From NCBI GenBank assembly GCA_963665815.1, contig OY762463.1, positions 3,392,001 through 3,456,000 on the forward strand: DNA of 64,000 bases, in the 5' to 3' direction. Origin of the DNA: Candidatus Cloacimonadales bacterium. GTDB lineage: Bacteria; Cloacimonadota; Cloacimonadia; Cloacimonadales; JAIOQZ01. How positions within the stretch are numbered: the first letter of the stretch is position 1; each line of letters begins with the position of its first letter. The translations under genes and the position numbers were made by a program. Under the pieces are notes generated by a model. That model ran no database searches. It was not told the DNA's origin and worked only from the letters and a program-made list of their open reading frames with translations. This document shows, one piece after another, positions 9,719 through 19,084 of this stretch.

Positions 9719-10300
9719 ATGTTTTTCAGAATAGCAAATTTATCTGTTGGATTGAGCGTTATGGCACTCTCAATATCCATAATCTATAACTTTATGAACA
9801 GCAGAGAACAGAAGGTGAATAAGGAAAAGAAGAGCGTTGTCGAAACAGGATCGATGTCCGCTTTTGCAGTTGCCATGTATTTTATTCTGATGTTCGGCAT
9901 AGGCAGATACAAGATAGAGAACCCTCTGCTTAACGTATCCATTGCTGTGGGCATGCTGTTTGTGCATGCCGGTTGTGTTGCAAATATTGTTGGCAGATTG
10001 AATCTTGGCAAAAACTGGGGTAACCACATAAGGATATATGATGATCATTCTTTTTCCAGAAAGGGAATGTACCGAATTGTCAGGCACCCGTTATATTCAT
10101 CGATAATCCTGATGTTCTTTGGTGCAGGCTTGATCTACTCTAACTATCTGTGTTTTTTAGCTACCACAGTAATTTTTATCCCTGCTATGTACTACAGGGC
10201 TAAACAGGAAGAAAATTTATTGAAAGAGAAGTTTTCTGAATACAGGCTGTATCAGAAAGAAGTTGGAATGCTGTTCCCAAAGGTAAGATTATGGAAATAA
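9719..10300 (+). CDS. Isoprenylcysteine carboxyl methyltransferase/PEMT family membrane protein
   Basis: LGKNW...GMYRIVRHPLYS...RAKQEE..L..KF.EY..Y. Confidence 0.85.
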   Translation: MFFRIANLSVGLSVMALSISIIYNFMNSREQKVNKEKKSVVETGSMSAFAVAMYFILMFGIGRYKIENPLLNVSIAVGMLFVHAGCVANIVGRLNLGKNWGNHIRIYDDHSFSRKGMYRIVRHPLYSSIILMFFGAGLIYSNYLCFLATTVIFIPAMYYRAKQEENLLKEKFSEYRLYQKEVGMLFPKVRLWK

Positions 10301-10713
10301 ACAAGTATGCTTTAAAATTCTGCAAATTCGGTGTAGCTATAATGCTCTGGTTAGCTTTTATCCTGAAGGTGAAACTGTTAATAAGTGTCGTGTTCGTTAT
10401 TTTTGTGCTTTCAGCTTTGCTGAAGATTAGCAGAGCTCCTATGATTCTGCTGTATAATTACACTGTTGGTTTACTTATAAAATCACCGAAAGTTATAGTC
10501 AATGCTGAGGCAATGAGATTTGTTCATACTCTTGCATCATGTTTCAGCGGGATATGTCTTCTACTTGTCAATTTGAACTTGCGTTTTGCCTGGAGTGTTG
10601 TGTTGATTTTTGCCATCATGAAGACTGTCAGTTCACTGGGATTTTGTCCGGGAGAAAAGATTTACTCCTGTGTAAAAGGTGGTTGCTGCTCTGTAAGGAA
10701 ATCGGATGATTGA
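10291..10713 (+). CDS. DUF4395-like membrane protein with Cys-rich C-terminus
   Basis: Four hydrophobic segments; AMRF..TLA; LGFCPGEKIY...CVKGGCC. Confidence 0.6.
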   Translation: MEINKYALKFCKFGVAIMLWLAFILKVKLLISVVFVIFVLSALLKISRAPMILLYNYTVGLLIKSPKVIVNAEAMRFVHTLASCFSGICLLLVNLNLRFAWSVVLIFAIMKTVSSLGFCPGEKIYSCVKGGCCSVRKSDD

Positions 10714-11479
10714 CAGCCACAACCATCCTGAAAACTGGGGAATAAAACCTTATCTGCTTGAAATCGGTAAATTCAGGCTGGGCTCTTATGAGGTGTTTGT
10801 TTCACTGGGCATAATTGTCGGATTTATTGTATACAAGCATCTTTCTGCACAAGACAAGAAGATGAGCGATAACTCTTTTATTGTGCTGATTGCAGCGTTT
10901 ATTGGAGGAGTACTGGGAGCAAAACTACCCATCTGGATTATGCATTTCCGGGAGATAGTTCAGGCATTACCGGATATAAGACCAATTCTGGCAGGCAGGA
11001 CTATTACCGGAGGATTGGTTGGCGGAACTCTCGCAGTAATTTTTACAAAACGCAAACTGGGGATTAAGGAGAAGAAAGGCAATTTCTTTGCTCCGGCTAT
11101 AGCAATCGGTGTGGCAATAGGGAGAGTGGGCTGTCTTTTACGAGGCTGCTGCTATGGTCATGAGACATGTCTTCCTTGGGGAATTGAGCTTGGTGATGGT
11201 GTTATGCGTCATCCAACCCAGATTTATGAGATTATCTTTATGCTGATAATGTTTGCAGTACTGATGAAGCTTCGTAAGAAAGCAAAACCCGGATTTCTTT
11301 TCTATCTGCTTATGACCTCATATTTCTCATTCAGATTTATTGAGGAATATCTGCGGGAGAGTGTCTACTATTACGGTTTCACATTATTCCAGTATATATC
11401 TGTCGGAGCATTGCTGTTTATTAATGTAAAGTATATTCTTGAAAAGAAGAGGAGAGAGTGTGTCAAAGAAAATGAGTGA
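10706..11479 (+). CDS. Prolipoprotein diacylglyceryl transferase (Lgt) family paralogue
   Basis: GGLVGG, GRVGCLLRGCCYG (variant of GRxGNFxNxE), PWG, RHPTQIYE, RFIEEYLR. Confidence 0.8.
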   Translation: MIDSHNHPENWGIKPYLLEIGKFRLGSYEVFVSLGIIVGFIVYKHLSAQDKKMSDNSFIVLIAAFIGGVLGAKLPIWIMHFREIVQALPDIRPILAGRTITGGLVGGTLAVIFTKRKLGIKEKKGNFFAPAIAIGVAIGRVGCLLRGCCYGHETCLPWGIELGDGVMRHPTQIYEIIFMLIMFAVLMKLRKKAKPGFLFYLLMTSYFSFRFIEEYLRESVYYYGFTLFQYISVGALLFINVKYILEKKRRECVKENE

Positions 11480-11711
11480 AGGCAAAGAGTTCAAGATTGG
11501 GTCATTCATAGGAATTATGGCACTATTTATCATGATGATGGTTTCAATATCAGGTTTTCTGATATGGTTAATATTATATGATATCGTTCTGATATTTGTC
11601 GGACTTCTGATCTATAAATCCGGAAAGATGAAGATGTTTTTTTCATATTGCCTGTTCGTCATACCGGGATTTATTTTCCACGGATCATGCTTCGGCGGAG
11701 TGAATTTTTAG
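11472..11711 (+). CDS. Small membrane protein, paralogue 1 (C-terminal GSC)
   Basis: ATG overlaps the Lgt-like stop; hydrophobic; KEFKIGSFIG...FHGSCFGGVNF. Confidence 0.7.
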   Translation: MSEGKEFKIGSFIGIMALFIMMMVSISGFLIWLILYDIVLIFVGLLIYKSGKMKMFFSYCLFVIPGFIFHGSCFGGVNF

Positions 11712-11761
11712 TGAATTGATTTTACAATAACTGATTATAAAATGTATAAGGAGAAAATATT

Positions 11762-12046
11762 ATGAACTCAAAAAGAAAACAGTTTTTTAAGGGTCTACTT
11801 ATTGGATTGCTGTTATTGATAACTTTTTTTGTTATATTCATAATGTTTGGTTTTCCAAATGGCTTTGATGATGGTTCCGCTTCCTATCCACTTATAATTA
11901 TTATGGGCTTAGTTTATGCATCATTATGTGTATTCTTCTGGCTTCGAGGAAAAAATCGTGCGCTGTTTTATGGATTTATTTCAGCAGTTGCTGTGTTTGC
12001 TTTGATTTTTGGAGCTTGTACTTTCACCTGGATATACACATTGTAG
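11762..12046 (+). CDS. Small 3-TM membrane protein, paralogue 2 (C-terminal GAC)
   Basis: AAGGAG RBS; KQFFKGLLIG...LIFGACTFTWIYTL. Confidence 0.75.
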   Translation: MNSKRKQFFKGLLIGLLLLITFFVIFIMFGFPNGFDDGSASYPLIIIMGLVYASLCVFFWLRGKNRALFYGFISAVAVFALIFGACTFTWIYTL

Positions 12047-12070
12047 GATTAAGAACCCAAAGGAGTTTAT

Positions 12071-12394
12071 ATGGATAAACAACAGGATTTTTCTTTTAAA
12101 GAAAACAAAACCGACAGAAAATTCAAAGATGTCATTATTGGTGCATTAATCGGAGTTGTGCTGATTGCATTAATATTTATCATTGCAATACCGCAAACAT
12201 ACTCATCAGTAGTATCAAATGTTTTTTTTGCATACACAATTTATGCTTTAGCAATATTAGTAGTTCTGGGTATTGTTTATATTAGTATTAGAAAGAAGCA
12301 GTATTTTTTGCTTTTAGGTTTGATACTAAGTCCATTACTAGCTCTGATTCTGGTAGGTGCATGTTTTGTTGCTGTCATGGGTAGTGCGGGATAA
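12071..12394 (+). CDS. Small 3-TM membrane protein, paralogue 3 (C-terminal GAC)
   Basis: AAGGAG RBS; KDVIIGALIG...LVGACFVAVMGSAG. Confidence 0.75.
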   Translation: MDKQQDFSFKENKTDRKFKDVIIGALIGVVLIALIFIIAIPQTYSSVVSNVFFAYTIYALAILVVLGIVYISIRKKQYFLLLGLILSPLLALILVGACFVAVMGSAG

Positions 12395-12434
12395 ATAGTG
12401 TTGAATATTGTAATCTCAGTTGTAGTATGATACA

Positions 12435-13913
12435 CTAAACAAGATTATCAGTATCTTCTTTTAATTTCCTTCTGTTGACCTCCGGGTAAAGCTTGGCTGC
12501 ACATTCCGGGCAGATACCATGTGAAAACTGAACATCAGGCAGTCTTTCAGTGATGTAATCTGCAGGTTTCATCCATGGTTTGCCATCTTTGCTTTTGTCT
12601 TTGATAGAGTGGCAGCTTGCACACATTGTTATGAGGTTTCCTAATGCGTGACTTTGCTGTATGTTTGTTCTCATTATTTCCAGAAATTCCTTCTGTCTTG
12701 TTATATCCCGAATAATACAAAAATATGCTTTGAGACCATTAAAGTCCCCAACGTTTTCACTGATATGAGTAATAATTATACTGCCGTCTTTTTTTCTTAA
12801 CTCTACTTCATATTGATAGTTTAAATTGCCTGATCTTTCATTCTCCTCAATAATCTTTCGCACCTTTTCTTTTTCCTTTTCAGGAAGGAATTTCTTTCCG
12901 TCAATTTTTAACAAATTATCTACTGAATATCCCAATAATATAGCTGATGCATCATTTGCAAATATAAATTTCCCGTTCTGTCTGATAACTATAGCTTCAT
13001 TGGATCTTTCCATCATCCATCTATATTTCTTTTCCTGTTCAAAAGTCCTTTTCATATACATGAATTTGTCTCTTTTGTAAATAGTTGAAACAATGAACAG
13101 GATCAACAGGATTAACAGCGATATTGTTATGATCTGCTCTTTCAGAAAAATTTGATAATCAGAGAACATATTTTTCTCGGAAGAAGAGAATTTCAGATAT
13201 ATTTTTGAATGTTCTGATTTTATTAAATACGATACCAGACCGTTATTAAGGGACAAAAAGCTGCCTATATTATTATGTTTATTTAAATCAGATAATTTAA
13301 GTATTTCAAGTTGAACTGTTGGTTCTGATATTTCTTTAAGTACTTTTTCATTATTGTAATAAATGACATCATGTCCGAGAAGTTCTCCATTTTTCTTTAT
13401 TGGACTGATTACATACATAATAGAAAGCTTATCAGTATTGAAATAGTACAATGTCGTAGATGTACAACAGGTATCAACTTTTGCCGGATGTAACATGTAT
13501 ATGTCTTTGTCACCTGTTTCTACAAGAACGTTGTTTTTAATCTCTCGCCGGGCATAAACAAAGCATTCCAGGGCTTCAACTCCTTCTCTATATTTAGGGA
13601 ATGTATAATCTCTAAGTTGTTCAAAACTGAGTTCACCAAGGTAAAAATCAGCTATTTTATTCCTGATCATGGATCTGCTGCTCATACTCCTGGATCCCTG
13701 GATATACTGAGATACTGTATTGTCGAAAATAACAGCTTTTGTTTTCAGCTTTGAAATATACTCTTTTATTATCTGTTCCCTGATAACCTCTTGAGATGGT
13801 TTAAAAAGAAACAGGTAGTAAGTCATGAAAATCATACCGGATAAAATAATGATAATCAAAGCTATAATGTATTTATTGGGTCTCAAATCGTAGAAATCTG
13901 AAAAAAAACTCAT
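12435..13913 (-). CDS. Membrane PAS-domain sensor with C-terminal Cys/His motif
   Basis: Two TM helices; PAS (EAIVIRQNGKFIFAN...RDIT); C-terminal CASCHSIKD...FSHGICPECA. Confidence 0.75.
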   Translation of the reverse strand: MSFFSDFYDLRPNKYIIALIIIILSGMIFMTYYLFLFKPSQEVIREQIIKEYISKLKTKAVIFDNTVSQYIQGSRSMSSRSMIRNKIADFYLGELSFEQLRDYTFPKYREGVEALECFVYARREIKNNVLVETGDKDIYMLHPAKVDTCCTSTTLYYFNTDKLSIMYVISPIKKNGELLGHDVIYYNNEKVLKEISEPTVQLEILKLSDLNKHNNIGSFLSLNNGLVSYLIKSEHSKIYLKFSSSEKNMFSDYQIFLKEQIITISLLILLILFIVSTIYKRDKFMYMKRTFEQEKKYRWMMERSNEAIVIRQNGKFIFANDASAILLGYSVDNLLKIDGKKFLPEKEKEKVRKIIEENERSGNLNYQYEVELRKKDGSIIITHISENVGDFNGLKAYFCIIRDITRQKEFLEIMRTNIQQSHALGNLITMCASCHSIKDKSKDGKPWMKPADYITERLPDVQFSHGICPECAAKLYPEVNRRKLKEDTDNLV

Positions 13914-14097
13914 GGCTGATCCTGCAATATTTTTAGAAAAACTAAGTAAATTGTCAGTTAATACAATGATTTTATGCTATTTGAGGAAAAAACGTTGAGT
14001 TTGAAAAATGATTATATCAGTTGTTTTTAAAAACATGTTGTCAGATATTGCAGGATAATCTATTTCTACATATTACATTATGTAATGAGGAGATTTA

Positions 14098-14568
14098 ATG
14101 AAATATCTGTGCTCTTTAATAGCTGTTGAAAATATCGAACGCTCAAGAAAGTTCTATGAAAGTATTATGGGAATGAAGGTTGAAGAAGATTATGGAGAGA
14201 ATGTTGTTTTTGAGGATAGTTTTTCCATTCATGACAGAAAGCACTTCCGTGAGTTGATCAACGGTAAAGAAATCCTGCACAAATCAAACAGTTTTGAGCT
14301 ATACTTTGAGGAAAATAAAGTAAACGACCTTTTCAATAAGCTGAAAGACAATCATGTTGAGTTTATTCATGAGCCGAGAGAACAGCCCTGGAGACAACTT
14401 GTCATGAGATTTTACGATCCGGATGGTCATATAATAGAAGTGGGGGAGTCATTGGAATATCTGGCTGTACGGCTTCACAAGGAAGGATTGGATATAGATG
14501 AGATTTGTCGAATCACATATTTCGACAGCGCAAAAGTAGCAGCATTAATAAGAGAAAATAACACCTGA
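14098..14568 (+). CDS. VOC/glyoxalase family protein
   Basis: IAVENIERSRKFY...EQPWRQLVMRFYDPDGHIIEVGE. Confidence 0.85.
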   Translation: MKYLCSLIAVENIERSRKFYESIMGMKVEEDYGENVVFEDSFSIHDRKHFRELINGKEILHKSNSFELYFEENKVNDLFNKLKDNHVEFIHEPREQPWRQLVMRFYDPDGHIIEVGESLEYLAVRLHKEGLDIDEICRITYFDSAKVAALIRENNT

Positions 14569-14649
14569 TACAGATAATTCAATTTCCTGCTTGACGAAAA
14601 CAATCCTCAGATTATTATATATGGTTAATTTGGATTTAAAGGAGTTGTT

Positions 14650-15798
14650 GTGAATTATCCACAATATGAGAATAACAGTATCATTAATCTTGTGAGTTCT
14701 CTGGTAAAGTCAATGGGCGGAAGCCTGCACACAGGTGAACTGAAACATTTTGATGTTGAAACCCTGAGGAAGAAGAAGAATATTGTATTCATTATTCTGG
14801 ATGGAATGGGATACAATCAGCTTAAAGCTCTTGAAAAAGCTGAGTTTCTGAATAGCAATATAAAGCAAAGAATCACTTCTGTTTTCCCGACAACTACTGC
14901 AGCAGCAATTACAAGTTTTGTCAGTGGTATTGCACCTCTGGAACATGCCGTAACCGGCTGGTACATGTACATGAGAGAACTTGGAGCAGCTTCTCTTGCC
15001 TTACCATTCAGTCCAAGATATGTGTTCGAAGAATACAATATTCCGGGAGATGTAGTATACAATTTCAACAGTGTTTTCCCACAGATTGAAAGAACTTCTT
15101 ATTATATCAGTCCCGAAAAAATTATTAATTCGGTATTTTCATCAATTGCCTGTGCTGATTCTGTGAAGATGGGATATAATGATCTGGATGAGTTTTTCGA
15201 TAATATTCATAAAGCGGTTGATATATCTGATGAGGATAAATTTGTTTATGCTTACTGGTCATATTATGATAAACTATGCCACCAGACAGGAACCGAATCA
15301 GAAGAATCTACTTCTCATCTGCTTGATCTCAACAATAGAATAGAAAATCTGGTTAATAGTTTTGAAGGTAAAGATTACCAGATAATTGTTACTGCTGATC
15401 ATGGGCATATTAATGTTGAGCAGAAAAAAAAGATTTTTCTTTCTGACCATCCTGAGCTGCATAAGTGCCTTATCCTGCCTTTGTGCGGGGAACCAAGAGC
15501 TCCTTACTTCTATGTGAAATCTGATTGTGTTGAAAAATTCAAAAGCTATGTTGATGAAAATTTTAGTGATCGAATTGATTTGATATCCAGAAAATCTGCA
15601 ATAGAATCAGGTATTTTCGGAATTGCCGAAAGGAATCCTAAATTTGATGACAGGGTTGGCGACTATATAGGATTATTCAAGGATAATTCAATTTTATGTG
15701 ATGCTGTTTATGGTGAGCAGATACCTGACTTTATAGGCTATCATGGGGGATTATCCGAAAATGAAATGTTTGTTCCGTTAATCACAATAAAAAATTAA
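14650..15798 (+). CDS. Alkaline phosphatase superfamily (nucleotide pyrophosphatase/phosphodiesterase-like)
   Basis: ILDGMG, SVFPTTT, YDKLCH, TADHGH, GYHGGLS..EM.VPL. Confidence 0.85.
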   Translation: MNYPQYENNSIINLVSSLVKSMGGSLHTGELKHFDVETLRKKKNIVFIILDGMGYNQLKALEKAEFLNSNIKQRITSVFPTTTAAAITSFVSGIAPLEHAVTGWYMYMRELGAASLALPFSPRYVFEEYNIPGDVVYNFNSVFPQIERTSYYISPEKIINSVFSSIACADSVKMGYNDLDEFFDNIHKAVDISDEDKFVYAYWSYYDKLCHQTGTESEESTSHLLDLNNRIENLVNSFEGKDYQIIVTADHGHINVEQKKKIFLSDHPELHKCLILPLCGEPRAPYFYVKSDCVEKFKSYVDENFSDRIDLISRKSAIESGIFGIAERNPKFDDRVGDYIGLFKDNSILCDAVYGEQIPDFIGYHGGLSENEMFVPLITIKN

Positions 15799-15957
15799 GA
15801 TGTTTCATTAAAGAAATTTATTGTTATACTGATGTCTTCTGATCTTCAGAGAGTGAACATATTTTCGAGTTTACATTAGCAATCTGAGACTTATATTTTC
15901 TAATATATTTAGATAAATGATATGTCATTTTAAGAAAACTTAATTCTGGAGATTATC

Positions 15958-17163
15958 TTGAAAATTCTGATCATTCTTTTATTTTTTTCGTTTTCTCCAA
16001 TGATGAACGGCCAACCAATTATTCTTAATACTGAACTTGCTGCACCATATCAGGTAATGGAAGGAGAAACACTATCTGGTAAATCCATAAAGACTGTAAA
16101 TTGCGTTTTATCTAAGCTTGATTATGAATTTGAGATGCAGGTTGTGACGTGGAAAAGAGCAATGATGAATGTTAAGTCTAATAGATCGAATGGTTTATTC
16201 GCATCAATGAATACTCCTGATTTAGATGATATTGCGGATATTTCTGCTCCAATAATCCTTGAAAAATGGTATTTTTTTACACTGAAAAAAGGGGAGCGTG
16301 TTGATGTTGGTGACAAGATGAGATCACGTGTTGGGACTATTTTTGGGAGTAATCAGTATACATGGCTGGAAGAAAACGGTTATACTAACATTCAGGGTGT
16401 AGAAACTTTTGCCCAATTGTTTAAATTAATGGAAATTGAAAGAATCGATGCTGTGCTCGCTGATTCTAAGACATTCTACAACGAAATGAAAGAAGCCGAA
16501 TACCCAGATGAATATGTTTATAATTTCTGTAAATATACACCACTTGGTGTTTACTTCTCAAAGGTTTTTCTCAATAAGAATCCTGAATTCCTCATGAAAT
16601 TTAACGAAACAATTGCCGTTTGTTCTCCGGAAGTCAGCGAACTAACAAATGAAGAAAAAGAAAAACTGAAACAGCTTATCAGGGATGTTATTTCTGTCTG
16701 GAAAGAAAACCAAGTGATTAAATCCGGGACAAAAGCAGGAAATCTAAAGCATAAGAATATAAGCTTGAGCAATGTCAGTGAACTGGAAAGTATCTGGAGA
16801 AGTGAAATACAAAATGGGGAAAGACCATTGATAGACTCTATTCTGAATAATGATTTGTCTGAATATCTTCGGGAAATTCAAGAAAAATCTGAGGGTCTTT
16901 TCACCGAGATTTTTGTGATGGATAACAAAGGACTTGTTGTTGGAATGTGCACTGTGACGTCTGATTACTGGCAGGGTGATGAAGAAAAGTTCACACGTGC
17001 CAGAGCAAAAGATTTATTCATTGATGACATTGATTATGACAGCTCAGTACAGAAGTTTCAGTCCCAGATCAATATAGCTCTGAAAGATGATAATTCTAAT
17101 GAAACTATTGGAGTTATCACAGTTGGGGTTGATCTGGAAAAAGCTCTTCGAGCGGTAGAGTAA
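15958..17163 (+). CDS. Extracytoplasmic solute-binding (family 3-like) protein fused to a PDC/Cache-like domain
   Basis: Signal peptide; APYQ..G..SG...WKRA; C-terminal EIFVMDNKGLVVG...SDYWQGDEEKF...IGVITVGVD. Confidence 0.6.
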   Translation: MKILIILLFFSFSPMMNGQPIILNTELAAPYQVMEGETLSGKSIKTVNCVLSKLDYEFEMQVVTWKRAMMNVKSNRSNGLFASMNTPDLDDIADISAPIILEKWYFFTLKKGERVDVGDKMRSRVGTIFGSNQYTWLEENGYTNIQGVETFAQLFKLMEIERIDAVLADSKTFYNEMKEAEYPDEYVYNFCKYTPLGVYFSKVFLNKNPEFLMKFNETIAVCSPEVSELTNEEKEKLKQLIRDVISVWKENQVIKSGTKAGNLKHKNISLSNVSELESIWRSEIQNGERPLIDSILNNDLSEYLREIQEKSEGLFTEIFVMDNKGLVVGMCTVTSDYWQGDEEKFTRARAKDLFIDDIDYDSSVQKFQSQINIALKDDNSNETIGVITVGVDLEKALRAVE

Positions 17164-17172
17164 TAGATAGTG

Positions 17173-18396
17173 CTATTCAGATGCATCGGTTTTATTCAAT
17201 GGGACAAAGTTCTTTTTTTGTATTTCAACTCTCTTAGTGATTTTCTCAGAATCCAGATTATATATAATAAATGAATTACCATCGTAAGAAAGCCCTAAAA
17301 GATCTTTGTCATTGTTAAAGACAATGAATGAATCGAAAATTTGTTTGTTAAAGCTTCTGAATTTTCTGCCGTCAATAGAATCTGCTATGTATGTGCCTTT
17401 TCCAGTCTCGCAATTAGCCTGCCAGATACCTGTAAAATCATTCATTGATTTAACAAGAATCGCATCTCTGTTTTTCAGAATCGCAATTCTCTGATACCAT
17501 GGCCTCCACTTTTTCTTTTTTGGGTTTTCCCAATCTATATTGACTTGAGTAATTTTGCCGGTCTCAAGATTTAGATACAGATACCCTCCATATGGTTCTC
17601 TACGCTCAATATTCAGGTTATTGAAACGGTCAAGGATGGGGATTTTTGCCTTATCGTAAGTATGAAAGAAAATGTTGGGAATGGTGGGTTCGTATTTCTC
17701 TTCCGACTCAAACCACTCAATAGGTTTAAGAATCAAACTTGATTTGTCCTGTGAGATTCCAAGGATTTTCACACCATCGAAATATACATTGGAAATTTTA
17801 CGGATTTCTCCCGATAAAAGATCTCTCTCGTATATGTCAAGATAAGGATATCTGTAGTTTTTCAGATCAAGCGTGTCCTTGTTAACGGATGAATCTACAA
17901 AAAAGATTTTTCTGTCATCAAGAGAAAAAAAGTGATCTTCGAGCTCAAAATGATAATCACCAGATAAGTCTATGAATTTCTTCGATTCTATATCATATAA
18001 ATCTATTTTTTTAAAAAAACTACCTGTACAAGTTTTGAATGCCAGAAACTTTTCATTATTTGATAAAACAGGATCATATTGCAGCATTTCAGTATTAACC
18101 AGCTCATAAAACAATGTGTCATTTAGATTTATACTACAGATAGACAAGTCCTCATTATTCATCAAAGTAAAGTAGATAGTGCCATCAGAAGAAATATCGA
18201 ACCATTCAGGGAATGCTTTAAAATTACCTGATTTACTTCTCCAACCGAACGAGCCGGCATGGACAATCTTGTGATACAGGTAGCATCCTGAAATATTTAG
18301 AAGTATAAGCAGTAGAATCATTAAGATAACTGATTTGATAAACATTGCTTTGCTATTTTTTAATAAAGTAAAAATTTCCCCCATAAAAAACCTCAT
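17173..18396 (-). CDS. Putative TolB-like beta-propeller envelope protein
   Basis: N-terminal TM with Cys; repeats ISSDG, LSNNEKFLAF, FSLDDRKIFF, ISQDKSSL. Confidence 0.55.
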   Translation of the reverse strand: MRFFMGEIFTLLKNSKAMFIKSVILMILLLILLNISGCYLYHKIVHAGSFGWRSKSGNFKAFPEWFDISSDGTIYFTLMNNEDLSICSINLNDTLFYELVNTEMLQYDPVLSNNEKFLAFKTCTGSFFKKIDLYDIESKKFIDLSGDYHFELEDHFFSLDDRKIFFVDSSVNKDTLDLKNYRYPYLDIYERDLLSGEIRKISNVYFDGVKILGISQDKSSLILKPIEWFESEEKYEPTIPNIFFHTYDKAKIPILDRFNNLNIERREPYGGYLYLNLETGKITQVNIDWENPKKKKWRPWYQRIAILKNRDAILVKSMNDFTGIWQANCETGKGTYIADSIDGRKFRSFNKQIFDSFIVFNNDKDLLGLSYDGNSFIIYNLDSEKITKRVEIQKKNFVPLNKTDASE

Positions 18397-18441
18397 CTAT
18401 TTATTGAATAAATACTAGTATAAAGGGAAATTTATGTCAAT

Positions 18442-18469
18442 AAAAAAGCCCGAAGCATAACTCCGGGCT
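18442..18469 (-). terminator. Intrinsic terminator
   Basis: aaaaaagcccgaag-cataa-ctccgggct hairpin with an A-run, downstream of the minus-strand gene ending at 18489. Confidence 0.65.
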
Positions 18470-18488
18470 CATAAAAAAAATATATTGT

Positions 18489-18956
18489 TTAGCAAAGTTT
18501 AAGAACTTCGCTGAGTTTTCTGATTTCTTCCTGATGAATATCTATAAGGTTAACAAGGATTTCTTTGAGAGATTCTGTGTTGCCGTTCTGGAAAGATACA
18601 ACTGCATGCTTCTTGTAGCCAAGTTCGTTTTCCTTGTCTTGATCTATCAGTCCGATATACTCGTAGTACTTTTCAGAATCAGGGAGTTTGATTATTTTAG
18701 CCATAATTGGGGCAGCATCTTCTTCATCTTCAACAAAAAGCTTATTGTTTATTGGCATACGAACAACATCTTTTGTCCATTTTCCACCGTCCCAGTATCC
18801 GGTATAACATTCACAGTCCATCAATCCGTCTTTATATACATCTACTGAAAGACCGAAATTATTGGGAAATCTGTAAATATATCTGATCTTCTTGACCATT
18901 TCAGTTTCTTTAACAAGATATTGCTGGTATTCTTTTAATGGCATTATATTCCTCAT
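18489..18956 (-). CDS. Hypothetical protein
   Basis: 155-aa ORF followed by a terminator; no recognised motif. Confidence 0.6.
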   Translation of the reverse strand: MRNIMPLKEYQQYLVKETEMVKKIRYIYRFPNNFGLSVDVYKDGLMDCECYTGYWDGGKWTKDVVRMPINNKLFVEDEEDAAPIMAKIIKLPDSEKYYEYIGLIDQDKENELGYKKHAVVSFQNGNTESLKEILVNLIDIHQEEIRKLSEVLKLC

Positions 18957-19084
18957 TACGTTTCTTTATTGAACAATTATAATAGAAACATCTTTTTTGT
19001 CAATGGACTTTATTGTTTAGGGGTGTAAATTTTAAGATTTTTAACTTGATAAAAAAATGTCGATTTGAAAAACTTCGATTTCTA

